Below, piece by piece: positions 59,965 through 64,000 of a stretch of DNA of 64,000 nt (within the stretch, counting starts at the first letter, position 1; each line of letters opens with the position of its first letter). The notes beneath the pieces are model-generated. The model searched no databases. It was not told the DNA's origin and saw nothing but the letters and a program-made list of their open reading frames with translations. The stretch covers positions 682,001 to 746,000 of the forward strand of contig ML978127.1 in assembly GCA_010015805.1 (NCBI GenBank), written 5' to 3'. The DNA comes from Rhizodiscina lignyota (lineage: Eukaryota). Position numbers and translations under genes: made by a program.

Positions 59965-61849
59965 TCACATCGACTCTTCCCTCTTGAACAAGTGCTCCTT
60001 CTTCATCTCCAAGATTGCGCCCAACACACCCAGCGCCTCTGCCTCGAGCAGGTCTGACTCGCTCTTTGCCCCTGAGCCTGAGCTGCCCTTGTAGAGCGCG
60101 CCATAGGTGTCGGTCGGCTGTGTCACTGCGCCGTTCAGATCGAACACATTCTGGGTGTCGCCGCCCGCGTTACCAGCGTACGCCATGCCCTGTTTCCTGC
60201 ACGCGGCAATGTGGTCTGGTGGCACGATGAGTCTGTTCCACACGCTACCATCCGGTGCAGTGCCGCCGTACAGCAAATCGGGTGCCTCGATGATAGTCGC
60301 GGTCAAACCGGCTTCGACGTGCCACTCAATGTGGCAATGCAGCAGTTGGACGCCCGGGTTATCAGCGCGGAAACGAAGCGCGACCCATCCATTTCCTCTT
60401 ACACCTGCGACGTCTCTTCGCATCGGTACGGGCTCTGCCTCAGACTGGTTGTAAGGAGAGTCAGGGAGGACATTGCCTTGCGAGCGAGCGACAGTCTGGA
60501 ACTGGTGGCCGTGAAGATGCCACGGGTGGCCGTTGTTGTCGTAGTTGTTGATCACGATTTCGACAATGTCGCCATACTCAACAATGATGGGGTTCACCTG
60601 GCCGTACACGCTGGAGTCCTTTGCGTTGTCCTTACCGACGGTAAGGGCGGTGTACAGCGAAGGTACCTTCTGGCTAAGATAGGTAACGTCGTTGATAATG
60701 GCGCGCTGGATGCCGTCGATTTTCGTGAAGTTGAAGTTCAAGGCGATGGACTTGGTCACGGGGCCAAGAAGCTCTGCGCCATCAAGAGGCGGGACGGTAA
60801 TGTCGTCAATTGGAGGCATGACGGGCGCAGACGGGGTGACCGCCGGGTTGGCAGAGTTGTAGGAAAGCGTGCCGAGAGTCATGTTGCTGAAGTTCGGGTT
60901 TGGCGATGCTTGCTTAAACATGGTGGTGTCAACGACAGACACGACACCATAGTTCTTGCTGGCATCCTGGTTCGCAGTCACGAGTACGGTATAGCGCTGA
61001 GCTGCGCCGATGTAGAGGGTGCTGCAGGGCGTCTCCTCCGTGTAGACGCTGTCCATTTCCACAATCGTCATGTTGTGGCCCTCGAAACCAAAGAAGTATG
61101 AGGGAAAGGCGCCGAGGTTGATAATGCGGAAGAGATATGTCTCACCCTCCGTCACTTCGAACGTATCCGTCGATTTGTCGTTTATGAGCCCAGCCCAAGG
61201 AACAGGCTCTACGCCAGCAGTGTTGGCTGTCGATTGATAAGTGTGAAGGAGATTCGGCATTTGGTCGTGGTACCAATCAGAGATGGTCACCGTGTACTGA
61301 GATCTTGTCAATATACAGATCTCCTAGAATTGCAGGACCCTGTCACGCACCTCCTTCGAAATCTTGCTCTTGTATGGCGCGTTAGGGTCGCGAACAATGA
61401 GCGGACCGCGGAGACCGTCAGGAAATTGACCCATATTGTGCGAATGGTACCAGTACGTCCCTGGTGAATCGGCCTGGTCTCATCAGCTTCGTGCGCTTCC
61501 TTGTGGAGCGCGCCATACAAACCTTGAATGAATATGTGAATGTGCTCCCTGGTGGAATTGGGCATTGTGTTACTCCTGCCGGACCATCCATCTGATTCGT
61601 TCCTCTCTGGCTGAAACCGTGGAAGTGAAGGCCTGTTGTCTCATTCCCAAGTTTGTTCGTCAGGACGACAGTGATTTGCTCGCCAACCTCGACCTCAATG
61701 GGTGGGCACGGCCACTGCCCATTGATACCAATGACAGGCCTGTTGAAACCATCCGGTGCTGCGTCCACCCACGTTACGTCCCATTTGAAAAGCGCCGAGA
61801 ATGCGAGCTGGCCGAAGCCGAGTAGGAAAAGCGATGCCGATATCCTCAT
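59965..61849 (-). CDS. Secreted multicopper oxidase, Fet3/Abr1-like (3 exons)
   Basis: Signal peptide; copper motifs [27 protein letters not shown]....[25 protein letters not shown] and [10 protein letters not shown] resemble the Fet3 clade. Confidence 0.92.
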
Positions 61850-64000
61850 AATGAATGAATGCTGTCGATAATATCCTGGGAAAATGCGCGCAACCCGACA
61901 ATTATCCTGGAAATATCCTTATGGGGGGTTGCTGAACGAGCGACTGGACTGAATATGGTCCTAATTTGTTAGTAGTAACGAGTGACTATACAATATTAAA
62001 GAAATAGAAAAACCCTTGAAGCCGTCCTCACACGCGGGCAGGAGGCATGAAGAGAAGAAGACAGAAGTACTCTTCTTTCAATTGACGGGGAGAGAGCCGG
62101 AGAAAAGGTAGGAGGTGATAGATATCAAGGGGGATTTGCGGCAGAGTTACTCCGTAGAGGATTCTGATGAGACAATGTGTGGAGGATTGGAGCACGGATG
62201 TGAGTGGGGACAGAGTAAAGGGGAGAGTCAGGTAGATAGCAGAATAGAAGCGCTATCCAAGTTTTGTGTGGTGGAGGACATCCACAATGGCGTTTGTTGC
62301 TTTTCAACCATGCCCTTCTTGGCGGTACAACAGCATGCACGGCGACGTCCATGCGGGTTGGCTGAGACACAGAGGCCAAGCATGACGCCGGTCCGTGGCA
62401 CTCGTCTACGGTAGTGAAATTTAGAGTTGACGAGAAAACGCCTCTGCTCGGCAGTCGCCGAATCATGGTGGCAGTTTGATTGCCGCGGGCGTTGCTCGAG
62501 GTGATGGAGGCGCCGAAAGCGCCTCTGAATGCGGTAAGGTTAGATGAGAGATGATCCACGTCCAGGAAATTGAGAGATACGAGATAGCAAGCCGTCAATT
62601 GAAGGACCGGACGATCTTCTCTATGTTGAACATGGTCTCAAGCGCCAGATAATTGGCCATGTCGCTTGTCAAATGACGCGAGAGACGTCTTTTCGTCTGA
62701 AGTCTTCCATATGCAGGAACCCGCTGTGCCTTTCCAACCTCCTCGCAAACTGCAGTCGACCAAGACGCGGCACGTGAAGCAGGCTGCCGGAGAGTCAAGG
62801 ATCCCAGCTCTTTCGATCCGATGTGGTCAGTGTCCTTTTGTTCTTAACCGGCATCTGCTGTGTGTTTTCGGTGAAGTGGCGTGGGCGCGGCGGGCTGGAT
62901 TCGACCTGCTGCCCCTGAAGCCATCCCACACTGAGCAGCTCCAATCATTAGCGCGTTCGATATCTCATCCTTGCAAATTGACATCGTCGAATTTGACGTT
63001 CCTTTCTCAGTCTACCGCTCCATCTCGAGTCGTGCTCCAAGAATACCGCCGCTCCCTTCTCCGCAGCCAAGGGGAGCGCATCTGCAGTGAGAAGCACTTC
63101 AAGCGAGGCAGGGAGAAATTTCTCCATGCTGTGCGACGTGAGAAAGGACTTCAACAATCTGCAGCCAGCCATCGCAGCCTCCTGCAGACTCCCGGGTCCC
63201 AAAATTTCATTGCGGTGACCCCTAGGAAGACGCATTCGGCCAGTTTCGAAAGGCGCTTTGTTCTTCTTGCCCTTCAAGCACCGAGGTTCAGAGCGAAGCG
63301 CGACCTATCTTCATCCAGCCCTTCCTCCTTATCACCCTGCTTCTTTCTAGAGAAATAATAGAAGCTCTCCCGTATCTCCTTCGTATGATCGTATCGTCAA
63401 TTTAGCCACCGTCCAATGTCATCGTTACATGCATTTCCGTTTCGCTTGTCAGAGTCCAGACACGATGTCAGAAAATGCCCAGCCGGAGACATTCCTCTTC
63501 ATGCCGATAGCTGTCTTTCGTCGTCCGGGGAACAAGTTTAAGCTCATCTGCTAAGACTGTAGTCATCTGCAAGTCAGTTTGTAAGTGGGGTTGCACGTGG
63601 TCAAAAACTGCAGCCGTTTTCGTCATTGTGTTTCTTCGAGTTTCAAAACTACATCTTTCGGAGCAGATCTGCCGCATATATGCCCATGTGGACTTTCATT
63701 GCATCAACGTTGGGAGCCAACGTCTCATACATTCCGATTGGACGTCTATTGCGAGCATTCTCAAAGATGCCACCATCTTTTGTTAAATAGTACAAAGTAA
63801 GGGGCAAGTCGCTAAACAGACAATGCTATACAGGAAACATAGACCAATCTTTCCAAACAGAACATCAATAGACACCACTTATGTCTCTCAAGGCATCTGA
63901 TCCTCCACCCTCTGCAGCAAGGGCTCTTGCTCGTGCGCCTCTCGACTGCCATCCAACAGGACACCGTTATACGGCATACTCTTCCACCTTCCATCTTTCA

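Noticed and set aside
60211..61101. 296-aa plus-strand ORF, and similar ORFs opposite malate synthase
   Set aside because: Antisense shadows of codon-biased genes
62115..63994. ORFs upstream of the multicopper oxidase (e.g. 62666-63358)
   Set aside because: No domain, no consistent splice model, not FTR1-like

Overview
This is gene-dense genomic DNA from a filamentous ascomycete (Pezizomycotina). Evidence: short GT-AG introns with CTRAC/CTAAY branch sites and fungal Zn2Cys6 regulators. About 24 intact protein-coding genes can be reconstructed by hand-splicing. They include CSM3, a THOC1/HPR1 homolog, a homeobox TF, a dual C2H2+Zn2Cys6 TF, a rhodanese-domain tyrosine phosphatase, NSE1, GH106 and GH85 glycosidases, a second Zn2Cys6 TF, an SDR, RPS14, a metallophosphoesterase, a small heat-shock protein, a peroxisomal acyl-CoA thioesterase, an F-box-like/ankyrin protein, malate synthase, LAS17/WASP and a Fet3/Abr1-like multicopper oxidase. 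Three genes are damaged: a sugar-porter remnant, a HerA-like P-loop ATPase with one in-frame TAG, and a BTB fragment. The most striking unexplained feature is a 260-bp fold-back at 53959-54218, between malate synthase and LAS17. It has 96-bp perfect arms, an inner stem with G-U pairs that work only on the + strand RNA, and no target-site duplication. Other candidates are a compact putative stress-gene island (39.6-46.8 kb) with a perfect HSE next to an STRE, two unlinked micro-membrane peptides sharing a VVAYLQ(L/F)R motif, and a GC-AG intron inside the homeobox. No tRNA, rRNA, CRISPR array or transposase was recognised. Family assignments come from motif recognition only, with no database search, and splice coordinates were read by eye.
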